Source: Thermodesulfovibrio sp. (GTDB lineage Bacteria > Nitrospirota > Thermodesulfovibrionia > UBA6902). Taken from it: a stretch of 56,422 nt of DNA. Both the position numbers and the translations under genes were made by a program. Each line of letters opens with the position of its first letter. The stretch's first letter is position 1. The stretch is from assembly GCA_026982355.1 (NCBI GenBank), contig JALSHG010000074.1, positions 1 through 56,422 on the forward strand, given 5' to 3'. Below are positions 21,606 to 33,071 of this stretch, piece after piece. The notes under the pieces were generated by a model that did not search any database, was not told where the DNA came from, and was given only the letters and a program-made list of their open reading frames with translations.

Positions 21606-22865
21606 ATGACAGAGGAACAATCCCTGCTTGAGACAATCAGACAACTGAAAGAGGCCAAGGAAGCCGCCGAGGCTGCAAACCGCGCCAAGAGTGATTTTCT
21701 GGCCAGTATGAGCCACGAGATACGCACGCCCATGAATGCAATCATCGGAATGACCGAACTCGTCCTCGACACCGACCTTACACCCGAACAGAGGGAATGT
21801 ATTGAAATTACAAAGCAGTCCGCGGATTCCCTGCTGAGCCTGCTGAATGATATTCTGGATTTTTCCAAGATCGAGGCCGGCAAGATGGAACTTGAAATCA
21901 CGGATTTCAATCTCCATACCACCCTTAACGGCATAATCAGGACACTCAGGGTGCAGGCGCACAAAAAGGGTCTCGAGCTGTTGTGCCGTATCAATCCCGA
22001 TGTCCCGGCGGAACTCAGGGGAGACAATGTAAGGCTCCGGCAGATAATAGTCAACCTCGTGGGAAACGCCATCAAGTTCACCGAGAAGGGGAAGATCGCC
22101 GTAAATGTCGAACGCGCAACCTCCGGAAACGGCGGCAAAGACACAGGCATGCATGAAAACGGCCGGACGATACTCCTGCATTTTTCCATAACGGACACCG
22201 GCGCCGGCATCCCTGCGGACAAGCTTAAGAGCATATTTGAAAGTTTCACGCAGGTGGGAGGAGCCTCCACCGGGAAGTACGGCGGAACAGGCCTCGGCCT
22301 GAGCATATCGAGGAAACTCGTGCACATGATGGGCGGGGAAATCCGTGCCGAAAGCGAGCCCGGCAGGGGAAGCGCATTTCACTTTACCGCAAGGTTCGGC
22401 CTTGTCCGCAAGGCGGAAAGACGGGAGCACGCTTCACCGGATGAAGGCCGTGGAAGCGGCCGTCACGGGAAAAAATTTCATATCCTGCTTGCGGAGGACA
22501 ATATCATAAACCAGAAACTGGCCGTCCGCATCCTGGAAAAGGCGGGACACTCCGTGAAAGTCGCTGATAACGGCCTGGAAGCCCTTGAGGCACTGAAAAA
22601 AGAACATTTTGATCTGGTGCTCATGGATGTGCAGATGCCCCTTATGGACGGCATAGAAGCGGCCGGGAGAATCAGAAACTCGAAAAACGGTGACTTTGAC
22701 CCTGATATACCGATCATCGCGCTGACCGCTCATGCCTTCAAAGAGGACAGGGAGCGGTGCCTGAGGGCCGGCATGAATGACTATATTTCAAAACCGTTCA
22801 GGAAACAGGAGCTTTTCAGGATGATTGAACGGCTTATTCCGAGTGAGACTTACAGTAGGCGGTAG
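21606..22865 (+). CDS. Sensor-less hybrid histidine kinase (HisKA-HATPase-REC, BarA-like core)
   Basis: [36 protein letters not shown], receiver; only a short coiled coil upstream. ATG at 21606. Confidence 0.88.
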   Translation: MTEEQSLLETIRQLKEAKEAAEAANRAKSDFLASMSHEIRTPMNAIIGMTELVLDTDLTPEQRECIEITKQSADSLLSLLNDILDFSKIEAGKMELEITDFNLHTTLNGIIRTLRVQAHKKGLELLCRINPDVPAELRGDNVRLRQIIVNLVGNAIKFTEKGKIAVNVERATSGNGGKDTGMHENGRTILLHFSITDTGAGIPADKLKSIFESFTQVGGASTGKYGGTGLGLSISRKLVHMMGGEIRAESEPGRGSAFHFTARFGLVRKAERREHASPDEGRGSGRHGKKFHILLAEDNIINQKLAVRILEKAGHSVKVADNGLEALEALKKEHFDLVLMDVQMPLMDGIEAAGRIRNSKNGDFDPDIPIIALTAHAFKEDRERCLRAGMNDYISKPFRKQELFRMIERLIPSETYSRR

Positions 22866-22932
22866 GCAGTATGGATTTAACGGCATCACCTGTTACTGCT
22901 TACCCTTACAGCTAACAGAGGGAGGCTGAAAA

Positions 22933-23331
22933 ATGAGGATTTTAATAGTCGAGGATGATTTCACCAGCCGCAAGCTGTTGCAGAAATTTCTCTCGCCTTA
23001 CGGCGAGTGCGACATCGCCGTTGACGGTGAAGAGGCGATCGAGGCATATAAACTGTCATGGCTGAAAAACGAACCGTACGACCTGATCTGCATGGACATC
23101 ATGATGCCCAAGGTGGACGGGCAGCAGGCCCTCAGGGAGATACGCGGCATTGAAAAAGAGATGGACATCAAGCCCGCGGATGAAGTGAAGGTAATCATGA
23201 CCACGGTGCTTGACGACCCCAAGAACGTTTTCAGGGCATTCAACAGGGGAGGCGCCGCGTCCTACATAGTCAAGCCTATCAGGAAGCAGACGCTGCTTGA
23301 AGAGATGCGCAAGCTCGGGCTGATAGATTAA
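22933..23331 (+). CDS. Single-domain response regulator (CheY-like)
   Basis: MRILIVEDDFTSR...[10 protein letters not shown]...YIVKP; RBS GGAGG upstream. Confidence 0.9.
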   Translation: MRILIVEDDFTSRKLLQKFLSPYGECDIAVDGEEAIEAYKLSWLKNEPYDLICMDIMMPKVDGQQALREIRGIEKEMDIKPADEVKVIMTTVLDDPKNVFRAFNRGGAASYIVKPIRKQTLLEEMRKLGLID

Positions 23332-23355
23332 AACCACATTGAGCGGTGAACTATT

Positions 23356-26292
23356 ATGTTGTACAACAGGGCGCTTAAATACATTTTTATTGTTTCATGC
23401 ATGACGGCGATAATATACCCGCTGGCAAACACGCGTTTCATATTCCCGTCATTCCGCGAGCTGGTAAACAGGAATGCCAGGGACAATGCGGTGCGCATAG
23501 CAAATTTCCTCTCCTCGGAACTTTCCCTGAAGAATGAGGGGTTGACAAGAGACTCCATCCCCGCCGGTTTTTCCGACACGGCAAAAGACATAAAGGAGAA
23601 ATTCCACATACGGAAGCTCAAGGTCTTTTCAAAATCCGGGGAAATACTGTTTTCCACGGACCCGGCTGATATAGGCGAGGTAAACAAAAAAGACTATTTC
23701 CGCGAAATCGTGGCAAAGGGGAATACATACACCAAGGTCATCCGCAACAACGGCCTGTCCCTGGAAGACCGTCCGGTAAAGGCCGATGTGGTGGAAACCT
23801 ACGTGCCCCTGACGGTTGACGGAGCCTTTGCCGGGGCGTTTGAAATATATGACGATATCACACATAACAAACAGATGCTTGACAGCGTGCTGCTGCGCTC
23901 CTCCCTGATAACCTCGGGCCTGATGTTCGCTTTCCTGGTCATTATACTGCTGATCCTGTTCAGGGCCGAGAAAAACATTCCGGATTTCAGTGACACTCGG
24001 GCAAAGATGTTCAGGTCGCCCCTTTACGTCATATTTGTCACGGCGGTTTCGATATTCATCGCCGAACTGGCCGTCATGCTGCTTCTTTCAGGCTTTCCGC
24101 GCACGCCCGGGATAGCGCGGCCGCTCATGGACGCATCGCTGCTGATTATGCTGGTGTCACCGTCGCTGTATTTTTTCATATTCCGGCCCATGATAATGCA
24201 CAACCTGCAACACAAAAAGAACGAAGAAGACCTTAAGCGCTCAAAGGAATTCTCCGAGAGCGTGTTCAACTCCATGCATGACGCCATATCCGTCATTGAT
24301 GTCGCTGATTTTAAAATTATCAAGGCCAACAGCACGTTTCTCAGAGAGTACGGATTAGAAGAAGACGAGATAATAGGAGAGCCCTGTTACAGGATACTCC
24401 ACCACAGGAATGAGCCGTGCACCGGATCGGATACCGTGTGCCCCCTTGAGGAAACCATAAAAACAGGCAAGCATTCCGCGACCGAACACGTCCATTACAC
24501 CAAAGACGGCAGAAAGATCGACGTGGAGGTGTCCGTCTCCCCTGTTAGGGACAGGAACGGAAATATCATACAGGTCGTCAACGCCGCACGAAACATAACG
24601 GAGCGTAAGAAGGCGGAGGAGATGCTCCGGCAGAGCCAGCATGACTGGGAGGAGACCTTCAACATCATAACGGACTCCATCACGATCCACGACAGGGACC
24701 ACAACATCATCAGGGCCAACAGGGCGGCCGAGGAAATGCTCTTCCTGCCCCTGCTTGAAATCACCAAACCGAAATGCTACATGTATTATCACGGAACGGA
24801 CAAACCGCCCGAGGGGTGCCCGAGCTGCAAGTGCATCAAGACAGGCAAGGCCGTTGAATTCGAATTGTTCGAGCCACACCTGAACAGGTTTATTGAAATA
24901 AGGGCCATTCCCCGGTTTGACGCAAACCGTGAGTTTACAGGGCTGATCCATGTTGTCAGGGATATCACCGAGCGTAAGAAGGCTGAGGAAGAGCTGAAAA
25001 AGGCAAAGAAGGCCGCCGAGGCCGCCAACCGCGCCAAGAGCGAATTTCTTGCCAACATGAGCCACGAGATACGCACGCCCATGAACGCAATCATCGGCAT
25101 GACCGAACTCGTCCTTGATACGGAACTGATGCCGGAGCAGAGGGAATATATCGAAATCACAAAACAATCCGCGGATTCGTTGCTGTGCCTGCTGAACGAC
25201 ATACTGGACCTGTCCAAGATCGAGGCGGGCAAGCTGCAGCTTGAGGAGAAGGATTTCAACCTCCACGCAACACTGGACGGCATAGTCAAGACACTCTCCC
25301 TGCAGGCCGGCAGGAAAGGGCTTGACATCATCTGCCGCATCGCCCCCGACGTCCCCCCGGAGCTGAGAGGGGACAACGTTCGTCTCAGGCAGATCATCGT
25401 CAACCTCGTGGGAAACGCCGTCAAGTTCACCGACAAGGGCAGAGTCCTCGTCAATGTCGAACGCTGTGCTTCAGGAAACGGCGACAATGATATCGAGACC
25501 GCCGGAGACGCCCGGACGGTGCTGCTTCATTTCTCCATCTCGGACACGGGCATCGGCATCCCCGCGGACAAGCTCAGGAGCATCTTCGACAATTTCACAC
25601 AGGTGGACGGCTCCACCACCAGGAAATACGGCGGCACGGGTCTGGGCCTGGCCATCTCCAGGAAACTCGTGGGCATGATGGGAGGGGAAATTCACGCTGA
25701 AAGCGAACCCGGCAAGGGCAGTTCCTTCCACTTTACCGCAAGATTCGGCGTCGGACACAGCACGGCAAAGCGGCATGCGCGGCATTCCTCACCCGCCTTC
25801 CCACATGCCCGCGGCGATGCCGCACCATCCGGCCCCCGCCGGGATAAAGAACGAATCAGCGGCCTGCGTATCCTCCTTGCCGAAGACAATATACTGAATC
25901 AGAAAGTGGCGGTGCGTATTCTCGAGAAAGAAGGACACACCGTGCACGTCGCAAGCAACGGCCTGGAAGTGCTCGATGTGCTCGAAAAGGAGAATTTCGA
26001 CCTTGTGCTCATGGATGTGCAGATGCCCCTTATGGACGGCATAGAGACCACACTCATAATCAGGAATTCAAAAAACGGCCGGTTCAATGCGGATATTCCG
26101 GTCATCGCGCTGACCGCGCATGCCTTCAAAGAGGACAGGGAACGCTGCCTGAAAGCCGGAATGAATGACTATATCTCCAAACCGTTCAGGAAACAGGATC
26201 TCCTGAGGCTGGTTGAACGGTTTGCCGTGCCGGAATTCACATGGAATACGAAAAATGGACTGAGGAGGCGATATGAGGGTTTTAATAGTTGA
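23356..26292 (+). CDS. Membrane hybrid histidine kinase with two Cys-rich PAS domains
   Basis: Multiple TMs, two [16 protein letters not shown]-box, HATPase, receiver. Confidence 0.92.
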   Translation: MLYNRALKYIFIVSCMTAIIYPLANTRFIFPSFRELVNRNARDNAVRIANFLSSELSLKNEGLTRDSIPAGFSDTAKDIKEKFHIRKLKVFSKSGEILFSTDPADIGEVNKKDYFREIVAKGNTYTKVIRNNGLSLEDRPVKADVVETYVPLTVDGAFAGAFEIYDDITHNKQMLDSVLLRSSLITSGLMFAFLVIILLILFRAEKNIPDFSDTRAKMFRSPLYVIFVTAVSIFIAELAVMLLLSGFPRTPGIARPLMDASLLIMLVSPSLYFFIFRPMIMHNLQHKKNEEDLKRSKEFSESVFNSMHDAISVIDVADFKIIKANSTFLREYGLEEDEIIGEPCYRILHHRNEPCTGSDTVCPLEETIKTGKHSATEHVHYTKDGRKIDVEVSVSPVRDRNGNIIQVVNAARNITERKKAEEMLRQSQHDWEETFNIITDSITIHDRDHNIIRANRAAEEMLFLPLLEITKPKCYMYYHGTDKPPEGCPSCKCIKTGKAVEFELFEPHLNRFIEIRAIPRFDANREFTGLIHVVRDITERKKAEEELKKAKKAAEAANRAKSEFLANMSHEIRTPMNAIIGMTELVLDTELMPEQREYIEITKQSADSLLCLLNDILDLSKIEAGKLQLEEKDFNLHATLDGIVKTLSLQAGRKGLDIICRIAPDVPPELRGDNVRLRQIIVNLVGNAVKFTDKGRVLVNVERCASGNGDNDIETAGDARTVLLHFSISDTGIGIPADKLRSIFDNFTQVDGSTTRKYGGTGLGLAISRKLVGMMGGEIHAESEPGKGSSFHFTARFGVGHSTAKRHARHSSPAFPHARGDAAPSGPRRDKERISGLRILLAEDNILNQKVAVRILEKEGHTVHVASNGLEVLDVLEKENFDLVLMDVQMPLMDGIETTLIIRNSKNGRFNADIPVIALTAHAFKEDRERCLKAGMNDYISKPFRKQDLLRLVERFAVPEFTWNTKNGLRRRYEGFNS
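25164..26174 (+). repeat. ~1011-bp direct repeat, copy 1 (kinase core plus receiver)
   Basis: Appears identical to 27443-28453 (offset 2279); a further identical block 25010-25121 precedes a short divergent patch. Confidence 0.85.
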
Positions 26293-26680
26293 AGATGACT
26301 TCATAAGCCGGAACCTGCTGCAGAAAATACTTTCCCCTTATGGCGAATGCGACATAGCGGTTGACGGAAAAGAGGCGATTGAGGCATATAAACTGTCCCG
26401 GGTGAAGAACAAGCCCTATGACCTGATCTGCATGGACATCATGATGCCCAATATAGACGGCCATGAGGCGCTTATGAGGATCAGGGAGATGGAAAAAGAG
26501 ATGGGAATCAGGGAGACGGCTGAGGTGAAAGTAATCATGACCACGGCCCTTGATGACCCGAAAACCGTTGTCAGGGCGTTTTACAGGGGAGGGGCAGCCT
26601 CCTATATCGTAAAGCCCATAAGCAGGCAGAGGCTTCTTCAGGAAATGCGCAAGCTGGGCCTGGCCGGACAGGAGGAATAA
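26273..26680 (+). CDS. Single-domain response regulator (paralog of 22933-23331)
   Basis: [13 protein letters not shown]...[10 protein letters not shown]...YIVKP. Confidence 0.9.
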   Translation: MRVLIVEDDFISRNLLQKILSPYGECDIAVDGKEAIEAYKLSRVKNKPYDLICMDIMMPNIDGHEALMRIREMEKEMGIRETAEVKVIMTTALDDPKTVVRAFYRGGAASYIVKPISRQRLLQEMRKLGLAGQEE

Positions 26681-26687
26681 CATCGTA

Positions 26688-28916
26688 ATGCCGGATATTG
26701 TCTTGGGAACCGCCAGCGCCGTTATCATAGCATCTCTCCTGATGTGCCTGTGGCTGATGAAGAAAAGGGAAAAGGCGCTTAAAAAATCCTTTGATGAGCT
26801 GAAATCAAAGGCCGAGGAGCAGACAGCGGACCTCCTGGCGTCAAACAGGGCCATGGAAGAGGAGATTTCCGAGCGCATGCGCATAGAGGAGACCCTGATC
26901 GAATCCGAGGAAAAATACAAGAGCGTCATAGAAAATGTCGGCATAGGCGTATCACTTATAAACCCCGGGCTGGAGATACTGGCCCTGAACAAAAGGATGA
27001 GGGAATGGTTCCCGGATGTTGATGTTTCAGGAAAGCCTGTCTGCTACAGGGTCTTTCATAAACCGCCCCGCGAAGAGGCATGTCCGAATTGTCCGGCCCT
27101 CCGTACACTGCGGGATGGAAAGATTCACGAAACAATAACCGCGTTTACGGTAAACAGCGAAACAATAAACTACAGGACGCTTTCATCGCCGATCAAGGAC
27201 AAAAACGCAAATGTTGTGGCGATAGTGGAAATATGCGAGGACATCACGGACAGGAAGAGAGCCGAAGAGAAGCTCAAAGAGGCAAAAGAGGCCGCCGAGG
27301 CCGCCAACCGCGCCAAGAGCGAATTTCTTGCCAACATGAGCCACGAGATACGCACGCCCATGAACGCAATCATCGGCATGACCGAACTCGTCCTTGATAC
27401 TGATTTAACGCCGGAACAAAAGGAATATGTCGAAACCGTGGCACAATCCGCGGATTCGTTGCTGTGCCTGCTGAACGACATACTGGACCTGTCCAAGATC
27501 GAGGCGGGCAAGCTGCAGCTTGAGGAGAAGGATTTCAACCTCCACGCAACACTGGACGGCATAGTCAAGACACTCTCCCTGCAGGCCGGCAGGAAAGGGC
27601 TTGACATCATCTGCCGCATCGCCCCCGACGTCCCCCCGGAGCTGAGAGGGGACAACGTTCGTCTCAGGCAGATCATCGTCAACCTCGTGGGAAACGCCGT
27701 CAAGTTCACCGACAAGGGCAGAGTCCTCGTCAATGTCGAACGCTGTGCTTCAGGAAACGGCGACAATGATATCGAGACCGCCGGAGACGCCCGGACGGTG
27801 CTGCTTCATTTCTCCATCTCGGACACGGGCATCGGCATCCCCGCGGACAAGCTCAGGAGCATCTTCGACAATTTCACACAGGTGGACGGCTCCACCACCA
27901 GGAAATACGGCGGCACGGGTCTGGGCCTGGCCATCTCCAGGAAACTCGTGGGCATGATGGGAGGGGAAATTCACGCTGAAAGCGAACCCGGCAAGGGCAG
28001 TTCCTTCCACTTTACCGCAAGATTCGGCGTCGGACACAGCACGGCAAAGCGGCATGCGCGGCATTCCTCACCCGCCTTCCCACATGCCCGCGGCGATGCC
28101 GCACCATCCGGCCCCCGCCGGGATAAAGAACGAATCAGCGGCCTGCGTATCCTCCTTGCCGAAGACAATATACTGAATCAGAAAGTGGCGGTGCGTATTC
28201 TCGAGAAAGAAGGACACACCGTGCACGTCGCAAGCAACGGCCTGGAAGTGCTCGATGTGCTCGAAAAGGAGAATTTCGACCTTGTGCTCATGGATGTGCA
28301 GATGCCCCTTATGGACGGCATAGAGACCACACTCATAATCAGGAATTCAAAAAACGGCCGGTTCAATGCGGATATTCCGGTCATCGCGCTGACCGCGCAT
28401 GCCTTCAAAGAGGACAGGGAACGCTGCCTGAAAGCCGGAATGAATGACTATATTGCAAAGCCGTTTAAAAAACGGGATATCGCAGCATTAATAAGACAGA
28501 CTGTTCACAGGCATACAGGCGCTGAAACGCCGGCCGTTGAATCTCCGGACACAGGGGATAAAAGCAATGTCCTCAACACCTCCGAAGCCATGGAGCGCCT
28601 GGACGGAGACGAGGAGCTTCTGAGAGAGATATTCGGGGTATTCACCGATGACGCCCCGAAACAGATGGAGATTCTTAAAAAAGCCATTGACACAGGTGAT
28701 ATCGTTTTAACGGAACGCCAGGCACATTCCCTGAAGAGCGCGGCGGCCAACATAGGGGCCGATTTAATGAAAAGCAGGGCATTCGAGATAGAGCTGGCGG
28801 CAAGGGACGGGAACATGAGAGACGCTCACACACTTTATGAGCAGCTCGAACGTGAATTGAAGAGAGTGCTTGAGGCATTGACGGATGTCCTCGGCCGGGA
28901 CAAGGCGGTTAAATAA
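26688..28916 (+). CDS. Hybrid histidine kinase, PAS-HisKA-HATPase-REC-Hpt
   Basis: TM, Cys-rich [12 protein letters not shown], receiver, C-terminal Hpt [13 protein letters not shown]. Confidence 0.92.
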   Translation: MPDIVLGTASAVIIASLLMCLWLMKKREKALKKSFDELKSKAEEQTADLLASNRAMEEEISERMRIEETLIESEEKYKSVIENVGIGVSLINPGLEILALNKRMREWFPDVDVSGKPVCYRVFHKPPREEACPNCPALRTLRDGKIHETITAFTVNSETINYRTLSSPIKDKNANVVAIVEICEDITDRKRAEEKLKEAKEAAEAANRAKSEFLANMSHEIRTPMNAIIGMTELVLDTDLTPEQKEYVETVAQSADSLLCLLNDILDLSKIEAGKLQLEEKDFNLHATLDGIVKTLSLQAGRKGLDIICRIAPDVPPELRGDNVRLRQIIVNLVGNAVKFTDKGRVLVNVERCASGNGDNDIETAGDARTVLLHFSISDTGIGIPADKLRSIFDNFTQVDGSTTRKYGGTGLGLAISRKLVGMMGGEIHAESEPGKGSSFHFTARFGVGHSTAKRHARHSSPAFPHARGDAAPSGPRRDKERISGLRILLAEDNILNQKVAVRILEKEGHTVHVASNGLEVLDVLEKENFDLVLMDVQMPLMDGIETTLIIRNSKNGRFNADIPVIALTAHAFKEDRERCLKAGMNDYIAKPFKKRDIAALIRQTVHRHTGAETPAVESPDTGDKSNVLNTSEAMERLDGDEELLREIFGVFTDDAPKQMEILKKAIDTGDIVLTERQAHSLKSAAANIGADLMKSRAFEIELAARDGNMRDAHTLYEQLERELKRVLEALTDVLGRDKAVK
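27443..28453 (+). repeat. ~1011-bp direct repeat, copy 2
   Basis: Appears identical to 25164-26174. Confidence 0.85.
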
Positions 28917-30259
28917 TGAACAAAAATAAAGACAACGCAAAAATCCCCCATGACGAACTGCTGTTTCTCAATCTCCCGAGATTCAGGAGGCTGTTTGTTT
29001 TGCACGTGATATCCATAGTCATAATCACTGCGCTGCTTGATTTTGCGCTGGATGATTATCTGCACGGGATTATCCCCATGTATAACGAGCTGTTTGATGA
29101 TGTCTTCTGGGTTGTTGCAGCGGCCCTGGCCTTTTTTGTCTGCACGGTAAAATGCTTCTCAAAACCATTATCGCGGATAGCCGACAGGGAACAGGAGATA
29201 CTATACGAATTCATTGAACAGACGGGGCATGAAAAAAAACGCAACGGCAGGCTGTCCCACTATTTCAGCTCGAGGCTGAAACTGGATGCACTTACCACTG
29301 CGCACCTTGAAAACATCGTGGCCGAAACCGACTCCGCCGCGCACAGGATTATTGGACAGGCTCAGGATATAGACGCCTCCATGACGGAATTGCTTGACAC
29401 GATTGCATCCCTGCGCAACAGGAGCGAAGAACTGGCAAAGACGTCCCGTGCAGCGATCACTGAAAACAGAAAGACCATCGTTCACCTGCGCGATTATGTC
29501 GACAATCGCCTTAAGGGACTGGAAAATGATCATAAAAACGTCCTGTCGCTGGCTGAAAACGCCAGGTCCATGATAAAGCTCGTGGACCTGCTGAGGGCCA
29601 TCAGCGATCAGACAAACCTGCTCGCGCTGAATGCCTCAATAGAAGCTGCACGGGCCGGAGAGGAGGGAAAGAGCTTTGCGGTGGTGGCCGCCAAGGTGCG
29701 CGAACTCTCCATCCAGTCTGAACAGGCGGCCTCACACATAGGCGAAGCGATCGGCAACATGTCCAGGCACATCGAGACGCAGTTTGCGGACAAGCTGAAC
29801 AAACAAACCTATGCAAGAGAAACGGAGATACTCACGGGCCTTGAATCGCGACTCAGCGGACTCGGAGACAATTACGAACAATTGGACGGCTTCAACCGGC
29901 GGATTCTTGAAGAGGTGGAAATAAGCAGCCGCAACATGGCGCAGAAGATAATGGAACTGCTGGCGAACATACAGTTCCAGGACATAACCAGGCAGCAGAT
30001 CGAGCTGGTGATCCGCTGCATTTCCGACATGGACAGGTACATCGGATATCTCAAGGAATGTGTCGACAAACCTGCGGCATGCTCCAGGGGCTGTTTTGTC
30101 CCGGACTTTGACATAAAAGACATATACAAGTACTACACGATGGAGAAACAGCGCGACATACATCATGAGGTGGCCGGAGGACATGAAAACAAAAAATTAA
30201 TGCAGGTGGTCGGAAAAACCGACAAGTCTGATAATGGAGACGACATTACATTTTTTTGA
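28916..30259 (+). CDS. Methyl-accepting chemotaxis protein, atypical, with QFQDITRQ motif and DDITFF tail
   Basis: [36 protein letters not shown]; two N-terminal TMs. Confidence 0.87.
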   Translation: MNKNKDNAKIPHDELLFLNLPRFRRLFVLHVISIVIITALLDFALDDYLHGIIPMYNELFDDVFWVVAAALAFFVCTVKCFSKPLSRIADREQEILYEFIEQTGHEKKRNGRLSHYFSSRLKLDALTTAHLENIVAETDSAAHRIIGQAQDIDASMTELLDTIASLRNRSEELAKTSRAAITENRKTIVHLRDYVDNRLKGLENDHKNVLSLAENARSMIKLVDLLRAISDQTNLLALNASIEAARAGEEGKSFAVVAAKVRELSIQSEQAASHIGEAIGNMSRHIETQFADKLNKQTYARETEILTGLESRLSGLGDNYEQLDGFNRRILEEVEISSRNMAQKIMELLANIQFQDITRQQIELVIRCISDMDRYIGYLKECVDKPAACSRGCFVPDFDIKDIYKYYTMEKQRDIHHEVAGGHENKKLMQVVGKTDKSDNGDDITFF

Positions 30260-30289
30260 ACAACAGAAGGTATACACCGGAGGTTTCAG

Positions 30290-30658
30290 ATGGCCAGGAC
30301 AATAATGATAATCGATGATTCCGCATCGATACGCATGGTGGTGAGCATAGCCCTGAAAAAGGCGGGCTATGAAGTCATAGAAGCCGTTGACGGCGGGGAT
30401 GCGCTGGAGAAGATAAAAGGCAGGAAGATCAATCTCATCATCTGTGACGTCAACATGCCGAACATGGACGGCATCTCTTTCTTAAAGATGATAAAGCAGG
30501 ACCCGGATTACAAATTCACGCCCGTCATCATGCTCACAACAGAGTCGCAGGAAGCGAAAAAACAGGAGGGCAGGGCTGCGGGCGCAAAGGCATGGGTTGT
30601 AAAACCGTTCAAGCCGGAGCAAATGCTTGCAGCAGTGGAAAAGCTGGTGCTGCCCTGA
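30290..30658 (+). CDS. cheY: Chemotaxis response regulator CheY (second copy)
   Basis: IMIIDDSASIR...CDVNMPNMDG...MLTTESQ...WVVKPF. Confidence 0.92.
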   Translation: MARTIMIIDDSASIRMVVSIALKKAGYEVIEAVDGGDALEKIKGRKINLIICDVNMPNMDGISFLKMIKQDPDYKFTPVIMLTTESQEAKKQEGRAAGAKAWVVKPFKPEQMLAAVEKLVLP

Positions 30659-30676
30659 CGAAATGGAGAACTTGCC

Positions 30677-30973
30677 ATGAATATCAACGCGCAAAACAAC
30701 AACGGGTTATGCAGATTGAAGATAGAGGACGAGATGACCATCTCCACGGCTGCCGGGCTGAAAAAGGCGCTTCTTGACAACCTTGCAGGGTGCCGCGAGC
30801 TTGAGATAGATCTCTCGCACGTCAATGAAATGGATACGGCGGGTTTCCAGGTCCTGTACCTCGCCCGGAGGGAAGCGGATATTTCCGGCAAAGCATTCCG
30901 CATTGTCTCCCCAGGTCCAAAGATACTGTCCGTACTGCAGTTGTACAACATGAAAGGATTTTTCGGTATCTGA
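30677..30973 (+). CDS. STAS domain protein
   Basis: IEDEMTISTAAGLK...IDLSHVNEMDTAGFQVL. Confidence 0.87.
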   Translation: MNINAQNNNGLCRLKIEDEMTISTAAGLKKALLDNLAGCRELEIDLSHVNEMDTAGFQVLYLARREADISGKAFRIVSPGPKILSVLQLYNMKGFFGI

Positions 30974-30979
30974 AAGAAA

Positions 30980-32959
30980 ATGGAAACAGACCCGGTATTA
31001 CAGACATTCATTATTGAAAGTACGGAAAAGGTGCAGGAGATGGAGAGCGCCCTGCTTCAGCTTGAAACGTCTCCTGACGATGAAGACACCGTAAACGCCC
31101 TGTTCCGCGCGGCCCATACTATCAAGGGCTCGGCAGGCGTCGTGGGCATCGATAATATCGAGAAATTCACCCACACAGTGGAGAATGTCCTCGAGAAGGT
31201 CCGCCTCGGTGAGATCAGGGTGAGTGAAGACCTGATCGGCCTGCTGCTGAGGTGCTGCGACCACATAGGACATCTCCTGAAATCACTGAATGCAGGTAAA
31301 GACCCCGAAGAAAATCCGGAACTGCAGACAGAAGGACAAGCGATGGCAGGCGAGCTCTCCGCTTATCTTGCGGTTGAAGGTCAAGGCGTTTCCCCCGAGC
31401 CGGACAAGGAAACAACAGAACAGGGCGGTACGCCGGAAGCCCTTACCTGGCGCATATCCCTCAGGTTCGGGCGTGATGTGCTGCGGGACGGCATGGATCC
31501 CATCTCATTTATAAGCTACCTCTCGAAGCTGGGTGAGATAACCGGCCTGACCACCCTCACCGATGCCGTGCCCCCCGCCCGGGAAATGGACCCGGAGAGC
31601 TGCTATCTCGGTTTCGAGATAGACTTCAGAAGTGATGCCGGCAGGCAGGCCATAGAGGATGTGTTCGAGTTCGTGAGGGAGGACTGTGAAATAAACATAA
31701 CGCCTCTTCCCGCCACCGCCCCCCCCCGGAAGACGGCGGGTGCGGAAGCCGGGAAACAGGCACAAACAAGAGAGCCGGGGGCAAAAGGGGCCGGAACCAT
31801 ACGCGTTGACACGGACAAGCTCGACCAGCTCATAAACATGGTCGGCGAGCTTGTTATCGCCAATGCGAACATAAACCAGCAGGCAAGGCGCATAGGGGAC
31901 AACAGCCTGCTTGAATCCGCATTCGCCCTGTCAAGGCTGGTCGAAGATATCCGCGACAGGGCCATGAGGGTGCGCATGGTGCCCATAGGAGAAACCTTCA
32001 ACCGTTTCAGGAGGACCGTGCGGGACTTCAGCCGGAGCACGGGCAAGGATATACGGCTGCTGATCAGCGGAAGCGAGACGGAACTGGACAAGGGGGTCAT
32101 AGAGAAAATCGGAGACCCCCTGATGCACCTCATCCGCAATTCCGCGGACCACGGCATCGAGGAGCGTGATGTCCGTCTCGCGCTGAACAAGCCCGAGAAC
32201 GGCGTCATACATCTGAACGCATACCAGGAGACAGGCAGTATAGTTATCGAGATATCAGACGACGGCAGCGGACTGAACCGTGAGAAGATAGTGAAGAAGG
32301 CGGTGGAGCGCGGCATAATAAGCCCCGGGAAAGAACTGTCCGAGCGCGAGATAAACAATCTCATATTCGAGCCCGGTTTTTCAACCGCGCAGAAGGTGAC
32401 AAACGTGTCCGGACGCGGGGTTGGCATGGATGTGGTAAAGCGTAATATAGAAGCGCTCCGCGGCTCGGTTGAAGTGGAAAGCCGTGAAGGCAGAGGAACG
32501 ACGGTGCGCATCCGCCTGCCGCTGACAATGGCGATTATCGACGGTTTCATGGTGAAGGCAGGGGCGTCATTCTACATAATCCCGCTGGATATGCTCGATG
32601 AATGTCTTGAAATGTCGGATACCGACAAACAATTGTCGTTTAAAAGGAACTATTTCAGTCTGCGCGGCAAGGTGCTGCCTTTCCTGAGGCTGAGGGATAT
32701 CTTCAATGAACCCGACGGCCGGAACCGACGCGAGCACATGGTGGTCATACGTTATGCAGGCGGAAAAACCGGCCTGGTGGTGGATGAATTGCACGGCGAG
32801 GTGCAGGTTGTAATCAAGTCCCTGGGCAGGGTCTACAGGGATGTAAACGGGATATCGGGTGCGACAATCCTTGGCGACGGCACAGTGGCCCTCATACTGG
32901 ACGTTCCGGGCCTTGTGCGGAACCTGGAAAAGGCGGCCGGGGCTTTAAGTTACCCTTAA
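30980..32959 (+). CDS. cheA: Chemotaxis histidine kinase CheA (second copy)
   Basis: LFRAAHTIKG, IRVDTDKLDQLINMVGELV, HLIRNSADHGIE, SGRGVGMDVV, GATILGDG. Confidence 0.95.
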   Translation: METDPVLQTFIIESTEKVQEMESALLQLETSPDDEDTVNALFRAAHTIKGSAGVVGIDNIEKFTHTVENVLEKVRLGEIRVSEDLIGLLLRCCDHIGHLLKSLNAGKDPEENPELQTEGQAMAGELSAYLAVEGQGVSPEPDKETTEQGGTPEALTWRISLRFGRDVLRDGMDPISFISYLSKLGEITGLTTLTDAVPPAREMDPESCYLGFEIDFRSDAGRQAIEDVFEFVREDCEINITPLPATAPPRKTAGAEAGKQAQTREPGAKGAGTIRVDTDKLDQLINMVGELVIANANINQQARRIGDNSLLESAFALSRLVEDIRDRAMRVRMVPIGETFNRFRRTVRDFSRSTGKDIRLLISGSETELDKGVIEKIGDPLMHLIRNSADHGIEERDVRLALNKPENGVIHLNAYQETGSIVIEISDDGSGLNREKIVKKAVERGIISPGKELSEREINNLIFEPGFSTAQKVTNVSGRGVGMDVVKRNIEALRGSVEVESREGRGTTVRIRLPLTMAIIDGFMVKAGASFYIIPLDMLDECLEMSDTDKQLSFKRNYFSLRGKVLPFLRLRDIFNEPDGRNRREHMVVIRYAGGKTGLVVDELHGEVQVVIKSLGRVYRDVNGISGATILGDGTVALILDVPGLVRNLEKAAGALSYP

Positions 32960-33044
32960 TGCGGCATAAACGTGCAGGGGAGTCCGGCGTAAAACCTCCG
33001 GATTCTTCCGTACGCCGCCGGTATTTTATGCAACCGTAAGGTTA
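32951..33044. mobile_element. Repeat family A full-length copy
   Basis: TACCCTTAATGCGGCATAAACGTGCAG ... GGTATTTTATGCAACCGTAAGGTTA; contains the cheA stop codon. Confidence 0.72.
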
Positions 33045-33071
33045 TAACCGAAACATCGGGAGGAGGTAAAA

